Of a DNA stretch of 64,000 nucleotides, positions 1 through 11,800 are shown piece by piece; within the stretch, counting starts at the first letter, position 1, and every line of letters begins with the position of its first letter. Location: positions 62,001-126,000 of the forward strand of contig QPMI01000039.1 in the NCBI GenBank assembly GCA_004431415.1, in the 5' to 3' direction. The stretch is from Cyanophora paradoxa CCMP329 (Eukaryota > Plantae > Glaucophyta). The notes beneath the pieces were generated by a model. The model searched no databases. It saw only the letters and a list, made by a program, of their open reading frames with translations, and was not told where the DNA came from. The position numbers were made by a program, and so were the translations under genes.

Positions 1-600
1 ATGTCAGTAGGGCCTGGCATGCGCGGGCCCCGGGCTGTCGACTCGCCGAGTCGGCGAGTTAATAATTCCTAGGTACACGCCGTGACGTGATCTTCACGCG
101 AGTCATGATCATGATCATGATCAGTGAAAGAGCTGCCAGGCTGTACAGCCATGGCCAGCGCCTGTACAGCTGTACGTACACTGCTGCCCAGCTCATGATC
201 AGCGGCTGATCATGATCATGACAGCTCATGATTAGCTGTACATGTTTTCAGATTTTCAAGCCTGATATCGATCATGAAGCTCACTTCAAGGCTTCAGCTG
301 TTTCGAATTCAAGTTTTACATCATGATCAAGAACACGCGTACGTGCACTGCGGCACTAGCTATAGCTATAGTTCTCAGAGTCTGACCATTCAATGATTCA
401 AGTGATTAATATATTGATCCGATGATGGATATCCCGGAGAGTCCGATTCAATGATTATAATCCGATGATCATGATCATGATGAAATTATTCAATGATATA
501 TAATTAATACAATATCATGCATGCGCTATTTGGGTATTTCCCGGCATTGCAATTGCTTAAAATCGCCGCGGTATTTTGCGGCATCTCGCGCCAATCGAAT

Positions 601-720
601 GATTCGCGGCTCTTCGCGGCATCTCGCGGCAACTCGCGGCATTCCGCGGCATCCCGCGGCATCCCGCGGCATCCCGCGGCATCCCGCGGCATCCCGCGGC
701 ATCCCGCGGCAACTTGCGGT
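601..720. repeat. 10-bp tandem repeat (consensus ATCCCGCGGC), ~12 units
   Basis: Six perfect ATCCCGCGGC units at 651-710, with degenerate units on both sides. Scattered CGCGGCA copies run from ~565 to ~805. Confidence 0.95.
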
Positions 721-1404
721 TTCCGCGAGAAATCGCGGCAATCCAATTATCCGCGATTTATCGCGGCAACTCGCGGCAACTCAGAACTCGCGGCAAGTTG
801 CGGCAATCATTGAATAGGCGGCATTGAGGGATCAACGGCAGGCGTTTCATGTTCACTGAGTGAGTGATCATGATCCTGATCATGATCATGAGTAAATGAT
901 CATGATACAAAAAATCAGCCGCCGGGCCGCTGAGCGCAGCGTTGAAGCGTTGAAGTTTGAAGCTTTAAAGCTTATTTATCACGCACTGCGGCAGTTCAAG
1001 ATCAATCAATCATTGAATATTACAAGATATCGATAATCAGATGATGATCAAGATCTAAAGCCCGCGCCGAACCCCATGGCCAGGCCTAGGCCCGGCCGCG
1101 GGCCCCTTAAGCTTGCAAGTATGTCGACATCCGACAAGTAAGCTTGCACTCATCCTTGCAATACATAGCCATCCTTGCAAGTATCATAGTATGTCAACAT
1201 ACTAGGTCGAGAGCTTGGTACAAATTAAAACCTCAATAAACATGTCGCAGTGCCACGCTTCCTGTCGCAGTTCTCGACTAATGGCTATGAAAGGCCGCTG
1301 CAGGCCGCTGCCACGCAGTGCCACGATGGCTATGAAAGGCCGCTGCATGCGCTCCGCGCGCCCGTCACAGCGTCAGCCCCCGGTTTTGGGGGCGCCCAAA
1401 CCAG

Positions 1405-2480
1405 GGCGGGGGGCGGGGTCCCTGCGGAAACCGCGTTCAGCGCCGCCTCCCAAGCGATTCGGCAGCCCTCCAGGGGGCCGTGGTTGGCGGGGGGGCGGGG
1501 AGGCGGGGGGCGGGGGCCCTGCGGAAGCAGCGTTAGCGCCGTCTCCCAAGCGATTTGGCGGCCGTCTGGGCGCGATACTAGGGCCTCGCCCGGCAGAGCC
1601 AGGGCCGGGGGCGCGGGCCGGGCCTCGTACCGGGGTACGTGGTTGGCGGGGGGGCGGGGGGCGGGGGGCGGGGGCCCTGCGGGAGCAGCGTTCAGCGCCG
1701 CCTCCCAAGCGATTCGGCAGCCCTACGGGCGCGATATTAGGGCCCCTCCAGGCATCGCCAGGGCCGGGGCGCGGGCCGGGCCTCGTACCGGGTACGTGGT
1801 TGGCGGGGCGACGGAGAGCCGGGGTGTGGGGCGGGGGCCCTACGGGAGCAGCGTTCAGCGCCGCCTCCAAATCGATTTGGCGGCCGTCTGGGCGCGGTAC
1901 TAGGGCCCCGCCTGGCAGAGCCAGGGCCGGGGGCGCGGGCCGGGCCTCGCACCGGGGTACGTGGTTGGCGGGGGGGCGGGGAGGCGGGGGGCGGGGGCCC
2001 TGCGGAAGCAGCGTTCAGCGCCGTCTCCCAAGCGATTCGGCGGCCGTCTGGGCGCGGTTCTAGGACCCCGCCAGGCAGAACCAGGGCCGGGGGCGCGGGC
2101 CGGGCCTCGTACCGGGGTACGTGGTTGGCGGGGGGGCGGGGAGGCGGGGGGCGGGGTCCCTGCGGGAGCAGCGTTCAGCGCCGCCTCCCAAGCGATTCGG
2201 CGGCCCTCCGGGCGCGGCACTAGAGCCCCGCCCGGCAGAGCCAGGGCCGGGGGCGCGGGCCGGGCCTCGTACCGGGGTACGTGGTTGGCGGGGCGACGGA
2301 GAGCCGGGGTGTGGGGCGGGGGCCCTGCGGGAGCAGCGTTCAGCGCCGCCTCCCAAGCGATTCGGCGGCCCACCGGGCGCGGCACTAAGGCCCCGCCCGG
2401 CAGAGCCAGGGCCGGGGGCGCGGGCCGGGCCTCGTACCGGGGTACGTGGTTGGCGGGGCGGCGGGGGGCGGGATCCCTGC
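1405..2480. repeat. G-rich minisatellite, ~161-bp unit, about 6.5 copies
   Basis: The anchor CGTT(C)AGCGCCG recurs at ~1434, 1531, 1689, 1852, 2012, 2173 and 2337. Spacing is 158-164 bp after a short first unit. Confidence 0.95.
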
Positions 2481-3885
2481 GCGAGCGGCGTCCAGCGTGG
2501 CTGACGCCACGCTCAAAAAGACCCTCCGATTGAATATCAAAGAGCGGGCAAAGGCGGCTGGCCCGCGCACCGCGGATACGTGGTTGTGGCGAAGCGCGCG
2601 CGCGCAGGGCATGGAGGCGGCATGCTGCAGCTCGTCGGCGATCCTGGCTCTGACTGCGCAAGACGCCAGCAGCCATTGAGTCCCATGCGTCGACGGCGAG
2701 GTGCCCCCAGAGCACGCGCGGTAACGGAGATCGCCCTGCGCAAATGAGCGCGGGCAGGCCGCGGTCGGCGCTCGGCGCAGGGGGCGGCGCGGGCGTGTGC
2801 AGACCTCGGCGCCGGCTTTTCGGCTCGTGATGGAGCGCGCACGGGATCGCGTTGACATGCGGCGGCGGCGCGAGGGCGACGAACCGCCAGATGCGCCGCG
2901 CCGGATCGCCCGCGGTGAGCGAACCGAGCACGATGCAAAGTGAGCCACGGACCTATAGCAGTAGCTGTACATGTGCCGCGATGTGCGGCGTGTACTGCGG
3001 CGGCGAGCGGGGCCAGATGGAGGCGCCAGATATAGCGGCGGCGCCTGGGGAGTGCGACGCGCTCGAGCGTTTCGCACACCGGGCGATGTGTGGCTGGAGC
3101 TGGTGCCTCGTAACGCTGTCCCCCCCGGTTTTGGGCAGCCCCAAAACCGGCGCTGGCGCGGCGGCGGCAGCGCGGAGGACCCGAAGCGGTACACAGCGCA
3201 ATCGTTGCGCTGTACCGCGCATGCATAACGCGACCAGAGCGCTAGCAGCGCGGACTGCATGACGGAATCGCTGTCCCCCCCCTCCGCAAGCGGGCGCGCG
3301 GGACCTTGGCGCGCGGGCGCGCAGCGGGGATCCGCTAGCAAAAAGGACCTATGCGCGCCGATTCCCTAGCACTCGTGTAGCTGTCTTGCCGATCCCGCGC
3401 CGCGAATCCCGCGCCCGCAGTGGTCGAAAACCGATGGTGACGGGGCTAGACGCCGCCTAATGTATCGTGTTCAGTAGCATGCAACCTCCATTACTGCTAT
3501 CTGTCGCCTAGCCCGCTGCCCCCCTCGCTGCGCCATCACACAACACATAATTCCCAACCCAATTGCTGTATTAATTTTGGACCAGAATGCGCTCTAGTGT
3601 CCCTGATAGTAGTAGGTGTCTTCAAATATACGAATTTCGCTTTCTGAAATTTGTGACAAGATACCAACAGACCTAAGGGCCTCTCCTTTCCCCAAGGCCG
3701 ATGAGGCCGTTTTCGAGGTCCAGTTTGCAACACCAGAAAAAAATGAGCCGTTATTCGCGATCCGATTGGCTCGGTGGACCGGTCAGCCTTCGACTTTCGA
3801 GCGTCAAAGTCGAGGGGAAAAAGTGGTTTTTGAGGGGAAAACTGGGAAAACTAACTTCTCTCTAACTCCGGTTCTTCGAATTCCT

Positions 3886-4053
3886 TGCGCGGTTCTGCAG
3901 GAACCAGTTCTCCCTAGCTGTCTCCTCTAGATTTCGGCTTCCTCGCAGTCCGTCGCGTACGCCTTGCGCTTCGTTGCGCGGTTCTGCATGGAACCACTTC
4001 TCTCTAGCTGTCACGTCTGGATTTCCGCTTGCTCGCAGTGCGCCGCGTACGCC
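3886..4053. repeat. Imperfect direct repeat, two ~80-90 bp copies
   Basis: TTGCGCGGTTCTGCA..GGAACCA.TTCTC.CTAGCTGTC...CTCGCAGT...CGCGTACGCC occurs at ~3886-3963 and ~3974-4053. Confidence 0.85.
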
Positions 4054-4954
4054 GCACGGTACCCGTGCCGCCTGGACTACTTTTCACTGCATCAAGCTTG
4101 CACCGCAGGACTAGTACTGCGCATGCGTACAGAGCCCGCGCCGCTGCCCGCAGCCGAGCACGCTTTGACAAAACCGCTTGCACCGCTGCCTAGCTGCGCC
4201 GCTGATCGCAGCCGAGCACGCCAGGCCGTCCAGCCCGTGCTCTCTTGCTGCGTTCAGAACGTCTCGGAAATCGAGTTTATACCGCAGATCCGCGTGCGCC
4301 GCTGCCCGCGGCCGCAGCCGAGCACGTTGATCCGCGGCCGGCCTCGCGGTGCAGGAACCCTCCTCGAAACGCGTGCGCTGCAATGGGAGATCAGCTGATC
4401 GTGTATCGTTTTCGGGCGCTCGAGGCGGCGGGCCGCCTGACCATGCTCTCCGAGGCTCGCAAGACGGCTCTCTTCAGGATCGGCGCCGCTGCAGCTGGCT
4501 GCCGCTCACCCCCATGGCCGACTTCCGCCCCGACCCCCTCCAGAAGGCCTGGATCGCCTACGTTTACGGCGAGCCCTCTGCAGACAGCACCATCATCTTT
4601 TAGCCAGCTGTTCAGGGTTAGCGGTAGGACGTGCGGACACAGTTGATCATGATGCGCAGCGTTTTTTCGCTCCAGAACAATCTTTCATATACAGTGCGCT
4701 CAATCTGCCTTTCATTCAGGCTTTACTTTACTCGGTTAGATCGCAGCGTCTGCTTATCAGCCCTTTTCTATTCTTTTCAATGATATATAATCTGTCACAG
4801 TGTGTCTATCTTTACTACTTCAACCTGCCGCGCGCGCTGGGCCGGGGTCGTTCTACATCTGCCCCGTGCATGTTCGTGCACCTACTACTCTTTCATTAGA
4901 TCCCGATTCCCCCCTTGCACCCCCGGCGCGCCAAACGCGGCCGGGCCCCTAGTA

Positions 4955-5143
4955 TATGTCGTACGCGTCCCCAAATTATGTCGCCGAAAACTTGACATGA
5001 CTTCGATCTAGATCTGATGATACCTAGCCTCGTACGCGTACTTAACGCGTACGGTACGTTCCAGCCAGGGGTTGTCATGTCAAGTTTACACCAAATTATG
5101 TCGTCATGTCAAGTTTTCGGCGACATAATTTGGGGACGACATA
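4955..5143. mobile_element. MITE-like element with long terminal inverted repeats
   Basis: Perfect 36-bp inverted repeat at 4966-5001 and 5103-5138. It extends to TATGTC/GACATA (4955, 5143) if a 6-bp insertion in the left arm is allowed. Possible TA target duplication. No ORF. Confidence 0.7.
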
Positions 5144-5718
5144 ATAAAGTGCAGACCTTAATATTCTGTTTTACGGTATACGCGCGCGGCAGCGGTACGT
5201 ATACGTATACGGTGTACCAGTACTCCTACCAGTAGTACTATAGTCTTTAGCTAGTATACAAAAACTCTTGAGTCTGAGACTCGTCACTCGTGACTCGCGA
5301 GTCGTGAGTCTGAAAAACGCATATGCATCATTAATATTCATGATTGATACCGGTACCAGCCGGCACCGCCGGGCGCCGGCTGGAACGTACCGATGGAACG
5401 GTCGGTACCGTTAAGTACGCGTACGAGGTATCATCAGAAGTCATCAGTGACTCATCACTGATTCATGTCACAGTGTATGAATCAGAATGCATATGATCAT
5501 CGGATGCGAGTCGGCGGAGAGTCGACGTCGGAGACCCTCCTACTAGGCTAAGCGCTGCGCCCGCGGGCCGCCCTACCGTACTGTACCGGTAGTAGTACTA
5601 GGCTCGAGCTCATGATCGGACATGACGGTAGATTCAGAATCATCGGACCGTCGACGTCGGACTTCATGATCAGCTGCTTATTAATATTCTTTTGCTCCTA
5701 GTAGCCCCTCTTTCAAGT

Positions 5719-6570
5719 GTCAACCTATAAAAGGAAGGAAAGAAGGCCGGCGAACATTACAACTGCCAGGTGCCGGCCGCTGCCTTCGATCAGGTTCGTA
5801 TTTGCCGATCGCGATCAACGTCGTCGGAGAGCGCGCGCACACCGATCGCAATTTGCAAGTGCAAGCCTTGAAGCAATCAACGCTTTCCTCAGACATCCGT
5901 CGTCGTCGATCGCCGAACCAACATCGATCATCATGGGCAGTGCGACCATTCGAATTCGCGTATGCCTCCCTTATACATGTCGTCATCACTCACACGCCCC
6001 GGCGCGCATGCCTGCCCATCATCCGGATATCCGACCAGATGTCACCACCTATGCTGGGACGAACTGCACGGGCTCCCAACTGAGCTTCGATACTGGCGTT
6101 ATTGGCTCGGGGGCCAGGAATGTCTGCCAGAACACGTCCGGGTGCAAGTCATATGCCTTCTAGATCTATGACGGGGGCAACACATCGTGCTCCAATCTGC
6201 TCCTTGACGCCGATGCTCAGGTGCGCATGCATAATTTGTATGCATATATATACGCGCGCTTATCATTAGCAATGGGGCTAGCCGCTGAGCCATGCATATG
6301 ATAGTCTCGACTCTCGACACACGGCCGCGGGTTACTGACTCGGTGCTTTGCAAATGCATGCAGCTTGTGGGCGCCGATGACCTGGAGGCCGAATTCGAAG
6401 CGGAAATGGACGTTGCCGAGATGGAGGCGGAGATGGAGGCCGCGGCCACGGTGCGCACGCGCTCTAGATCTGTGTCCCCTATGCCTGAAAATGCATGCGT
6501 GCATGCACCGGCTAAATCTGCACGCGCTGCACAGATGCTTGAGGGGGCCGACGTCGACGTCTCTGCTTAA
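5719..6570 (+). pseudogene. Spliced gene remnant for a small Cys-containing protein with an acidic tail
   Basis: Phase-compatible exons: ~5719-5793 (..EHYNCQVPAAAFDQ), 5894-5959, ~6039-6220 (VTTYAGTNCTG..CKSYAF*IYDGGNTSCSNLL), 6364-6450 (LVGADDLEAEFEAEMD..), 6535-6570. In-frame stops at 5728 (TAA) and 6161 (TAG). No start found. Confidence 0.45.
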
Positions 6571-6599
6571 TCTTATGAACCCGACGGCTTCTCGTTATG

Positions 6600-7757
6600 G
6601 GATTCCCTCGGGGGGGTACGGGGTTGCGAGGGCCGCCTTGGCGGCGCCCTCGTGCGCCCCGCGGGGGACAGTGCGTAGCAGCTTCGTCTTCTGCAGCCTG
6701 CTGGCGTTCCGGCAAGCCCGGGATCATCGCGCCCGCTGGCAGCTAGCGCAATCTCGGGAAGGATCGACAGCCACGCCCGGCGGGTCTGGCGCCGATCTAG
6801 GCTCGTCCTGGATCGTGCGCCGTGCGCGTAAGGACGCCCCGGGCGCGGCGGATCCCCCGCGTGCGCGCAGGTTGCTCTTCGGTCGCACCATCCAACAGCG
6901 TCCAGCAGAGTAGAAGGCTGCAGAGCCGAAGCGAGTAGGATCGCCTTAGTCGCCAGCTGACGCCATCCCCACCGCCGCCCGCTGCGCGGGGGCCCGTCGC
7001 GCCATCCGGCGCTCTCCCAGCTCGCGTCACCAACCCCTCCCGGCGCGCGGTTCCTCCTCTCCGCATCGCCTCCGAGTTCTTGTCCCTTGGCGGCCCGTGC
7101 TTCTCTTCCCCTCCGCGGGCACCCGGGGCGCTCGCAGGCGGTTCGGAGACGGCAACATCCGGCGCGGCTCGCGGCGGCCCGGGGCGCGGTCTCGGCGGCG
7201 GCGCATCGATCCTCACGTACTGCGGCGGGAGCTCGAGGATGAGGGACTCCGGCGCGCGGTGGCGGCTCGCTCCTGGCAAACCGCTCCAGCGGCGGCCCCT
7301 CGTGGGTCGCCGCGGGCGGAGTTGGGGGCGAAGCACGCCACCCGCAGTCGCCCTCCTTTCTCTTTCTCTCGCCCTAGATATAGAAGTAGGAGTAGGCGAC
7401 ACGCGCGACGCTACGTTTTCTCTTTCATCGCCGCCTTACTCTGAGGTTGGGTTTCTTCGCAGATCCTTTCCTGCTTCCTGACTCCCTTTTAGAGGGATGT
7501 GCTCTTATGCATCCTGTTGTAGGCTGTTCGCTGGATAGGCAGGCTATCGGAAAACGAGAAACCTTGCTCGCGCAGTCTATTTTGACAGGACTCTCTTAGG
7601 GTGGGCTCATGGCCAGCTGTTTTGCTACTTTCTACTTCGTAGTGAGGCAGACTGGTAAACTTCGGTTTAGGTAGACTCGACTTGTCTACTTTCGGAAGGG
7701 CCCGATAGATTGATGTGGTAGTGCCATCAATATATCGTCATTTTCGCAAAAAAAAAA
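6600..7757 (+). mobile_element. Non-autonomous retroposed insertion (SINE-like or 5'-truncated non-LTR element), 1158 bp
   Basis: Exact 19-bp direct repeat CCGACGGCTTCTCGTTATG at 6581-6599 and 7758-7776. A10 tail at 7748-7757 directly before the second copy. No reverse-transcriptase motif seen. Confidence 0.85.
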
Positions 7758-8888
7758 CCGACGGCTTCTCGTTATGATTAGCCGTGCGAGAGCGCTAGCG
7801 CTAGCTTAAGCTTGTCTGCATCGATGTCTCATTAATTGAGAGAGAAATGACATCGCGATCAATGCGTCCGGCCATGCATATGATCGGATCTGCGAATGCC
7901 CGGGGCCTTGGGAGGGCTCGATAGCGCTCCACACAACACTTACCCGCTGTGAATTCGGGTTCCAACGGGGCCCGCGACGGGGCACCTGGGGGCGGGGCGG
8001 GCGGCGTTGTGCGGGGCGGGGCGGCGTGGGGCGGAGTGCGCGCGGGGCCGTGGGGAGGGTGCGACGGGCGCGGATCCCGGACGCCCCTACACGGCCCACT
8101 GGAGTACACTGAACAACGTTGACGCATACGGATTCGGCGCAGGTTCACATGTACAGTCGGTCCTGCATAGAACGAATAACGCGTACGCGCGCGTGTTCTC
8201 AACTTGCAAGTACTTGTATGAGATACGTATACTAAAATTGCAGCTATACATCTAAGATCTCAATTGGTCGTCATCATGCACGTGATGGTGCCGCCGTCCA
8301 GGCCATGGTGATCGTTGAGCCTCCAGAGAATCGTTGAGACCGAGATCGAGTTTAGAAGCCACTCATCGACGCTTTTCAGAGGCTTCAAGTTACCTGTCAT
8401 TTGAAGCAGCTGTTAAATTTGTTTTTAGTAGCTTCGCCAATAGTGCCACTCTCGCAGCTGGTAAATTCCTAGTGGGTCGACGTCTGTACATATCTTCGCA
8501 GGGCTTTGTTTTGTGGGGGGGAGGCCCTCGCCTTCATGATCAGGTTACTACTATCAGTTGCGCAAATATTAATGAAGCCCGACTCGAGCTCAAAATTCGC
8601 GATGGGGTTGACCATGATTCCTATTCAATGATTGCAATTAATAATGAAGACATTAATTTGAAGCTTAAGCCCCATCCAGATTAAAGTCCGGGTGAGCTCG
8701 AGAGTCCAGGCCGCGCGGCCGGTGCTCGCGATCGTGCCACGGTGCCCCTCGATCGTAGCTGACTTGTTTCATTCTTCATTTAAGTGTGCTCGCCTTTCCG
8801 AAGTTCGTCTCTTCAATTGAATCTGTGATTGCTTTGTTGCCTTCAATATCCGATGATCATTCAGGAAGAAGGCTTCATCAGCAATTGC

Positions 8889-11800
8889 TCACTGCGCGTG
8901 CTCGCGCTTTACATGAGAGGCTAGTTCCACGACTGACAGATCGTAGAAGCCGTCCTTGCCCCACCTGCAAATCAAAATTGTCGGTCGAAGTCGATGCGCT
9001 CGATGGCATGGGCTCCGGAGCCGCTGAGCGGCGCCGGCGCGCGCGCACCGGTACGTGTTGGACGCGCTGCTGGGCCAGTGGACGCGGACCCAGCCCGGGT
9101 CCTTGTCGACCTCGGTCACCGTCCCGCGGACCCCGGGGCCCCCGTCCTGCTCCTTCCACTTCCAGTCCCGGCCCCGCACGACCGTTCCCCCCAGGATCTG
9201 CCGTCGCGAACGTTGGACGAAGCAAGTGAGCGCGAGGAAGCAAATTTCGAGAAGCTGCGGATGCAGCTGCAGCCGCAGCTGGCTCCGCGCTTTTAGCGCT
9301 CGAACTGGCCACGGCGCACCTGTTCGCGGGACAGCTGGTACATGTCGAGGCCGCCGAGATCGGACGACTCGCCCAGCAGCTCCACCCGGTTCCTGCGCAC
9401 GCGCGCGCCGGCACCCCCGCCCGTGAGCTGCAGCTGCGCGCGGACGGGCGGCGCGGGTGCCGCCGCATGGACACGCGCACCCGGCGTGGAGGACGAAGCA
9501 GAGGACGAGGCCCTCGCGCGCTGGCTTGGCCTGCGCGCGTCGGCGTTGGCGCCGACTCGGAGAAGACTACAAAATATTCGGAGGGTTTGGAGGGGTCGAG
9601 GTCAACCTATAAATGAAATAATCATAGAAAGAACTCCAGGGGCCAGAATAGAAACGAAGCACAGACGAGAAACATACAGAAAGAATTCCAGGGGCCAGGG
9701 GATGGAAAAGGGACATCAATCGGAGTCAAAACTCACGCGGTAGAGGACGTGCTGAGGGTGCTTCTTGGCGTCGTGGCACGACTGTTCCCGCAGCGCACGT
9801 GATCGTGAGCTCGACAGAAGAAGAAGAAGGGCGGAGCCCCGGGCCCGGCGCCGACGCGGCGGGGCGCACCTTGCACAGATCGAAGTCCGAGCACGTGGGG
9901 CACTTGAAGCGCGGGCCCTCGATCGGCTTCTGCTCGACCACGCGCGGGCACGTGAAGCGCCAGCGTCAGATATAGCTGCAGCTGCAAGAGAAAGAAGGCG
10001 GGGAGGGCGCGGACCTTCTTGCAGCCGTCGCACGTTATCCCCCCGTGCACCTCCTTCTGCAGTGCCGTCGTCCCGAGCAGGATCTGCACCGCGCAGATCA
10101 AATTGCAGGACGCGGGGAACCTTAAGCTTATGTTAGAAGCGTATAGAAGCTTATATTGTTAAGCCGCAAATAAGAGGCCGCACATATATTCTTATTCTTA
10201 TATTCTTATATTCTATTATCAAATAGGCCGCACGGCGTCAGAGGACGTCGGGGCCCCGTTGGGTCCAGCGTGGATGCGGAGCTGCGCGCGGCGGCGGCGA
10301 TCAGAATTCGAAGAAGGGATCGGATGAAGACGGCAAAGGGGATTTGGGATGGGAGCCGGGCTCGCCTCGACGCGGCCGTCCTCGGCGCTGAAGCGGGCCG
10401 TCGCGAACGTCCTCTGGTCGTGCGGGACGACCTGCGCGCCGAGGAACGAGGGGGGGGGCCGCGGGTTCCAACGTTAGCAAGAAATCATGCGATTTATAAT
10501 TAAGCCTATCTTGATGCATATGTTGTTTGTTCTACGATTATGTTAACTATATATATATATGCGCGTTGACGTTGTTGACGTTGTTTCGTTGTTTGTTCTA
10601 CGATTATGTTAACTATATATGCGGTCGTGCGGGACGGTCTGCGCGCCGAGGGGGTTCGAATTCCAACGTTGGCGAGAAATCATGCGATATGATATGATTC
10701 TATGTTGATGTTGTTTGTTCTACTATTGTGTTAACTCTCCGCGTTGACGTTGTTGTTATACTCTATATTGAAGTGGGTTCCAATTAGAAAGCCTTGATCA
10801 GAGTCTATATTGACGTTGATCGTGATTCGAATTCGCGATCGCGGACCCGTCCCTCGTAGTCGGCCGCGCGCTCGCCCGCCTGCTCCTTCGTCTGCGGAGC
10901 GGGTCATGATCACGGCGCCGGGCGCGGGCGCGGGAAACGGAGGGCGGAAATTGTAAGGGGCGCGCCGTGAACCAGCGCTCGAGGTCGCCGGCGGGGAGGC
11001 CGTTGACGGGGACATCGCCCGGCCGCACGACGCCGACCAGGAAGGTGGCCGCCCCGGAGACCGAGAAGCGGATCGTCCTCGTGCCTGCGGACAGCGCCGT
11101 TGAGACAGCGCTGGCTTCCTGCATGCGTCCAAGCGCCGGACCGTGCGTAAGGGGCCCGGAGACGACGGCCGCGCCGGGCCCCGACGAGCAGCGCGCCTGC
11201 GCGCGCGATCGATCGGTCGGGATCGATCGAATGCGGCCGTCGAGAACGACCCGAGCCGCGGCGGCGCACAGCGTTCTTGGGGCCGAGGCTGACGGAGTTG
11301 CCGCGCTGTTCATACTTGCCCACAAACTGGAGCGCCTCGTCCGCCGCGAGCGGCGCCGAGGCCGGGGCGGCCGCCCCGCCCAGCTGCACGACGGCCAGGT
11401 CGTACGAGCTCTCCGCGCCCCACCTGCCGTCGCCCGCGCGTGCGCGCGCTTTGATCAGCGCCGCTCATGGCGCATCGTACAACGGCGGCGCACCGGTAGC
11501 CGTTGCGGCCGCCATTGGCCCACTGGACGCGGACCCACCCGTCGCTCGAGTCCGCCTGCCGGATGACACCTGTGCACGTGCACGCGCGTTCAAAGCGGCC
11601 GCCGTCATTCGCTGCATGAGTGAGCGCGTTAAAATGCGTTGGCAGCGCGCCTCGGGACCCTGCGCCGCCGTCCTGATATGATAGCGAGGGATCAGAAGTG
11701 CGAAACGCGTCAGCTCAGACTCGCAATGGATGGGCACCTGGTTGCCCCACTTCCAGTCCTTTCCGCGTGTCACCGTTGCGCCGATGACCTGCAGGATTCG

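Noticed and set aside
1405-2480. CRISPR array
   Set aside because: Units are wholly repeated with no unique spacers, there are no cas genes, and the context is eukaryotic.
4383-4646. Short coding-like segment (MGDQLIVYRF..)
   Set aside because: It needs a frameshift, has no recognisable family, and lies within repeat debris.
5719-6220. TAA/TAG reassignment or readthrough suggested by in-frame stops
   Set aside because: CCT8 ends in TAA and DENND4 in TAG at the expected positions, and conserved genes have no internal stops. A pseudogene is the simpler explanation.
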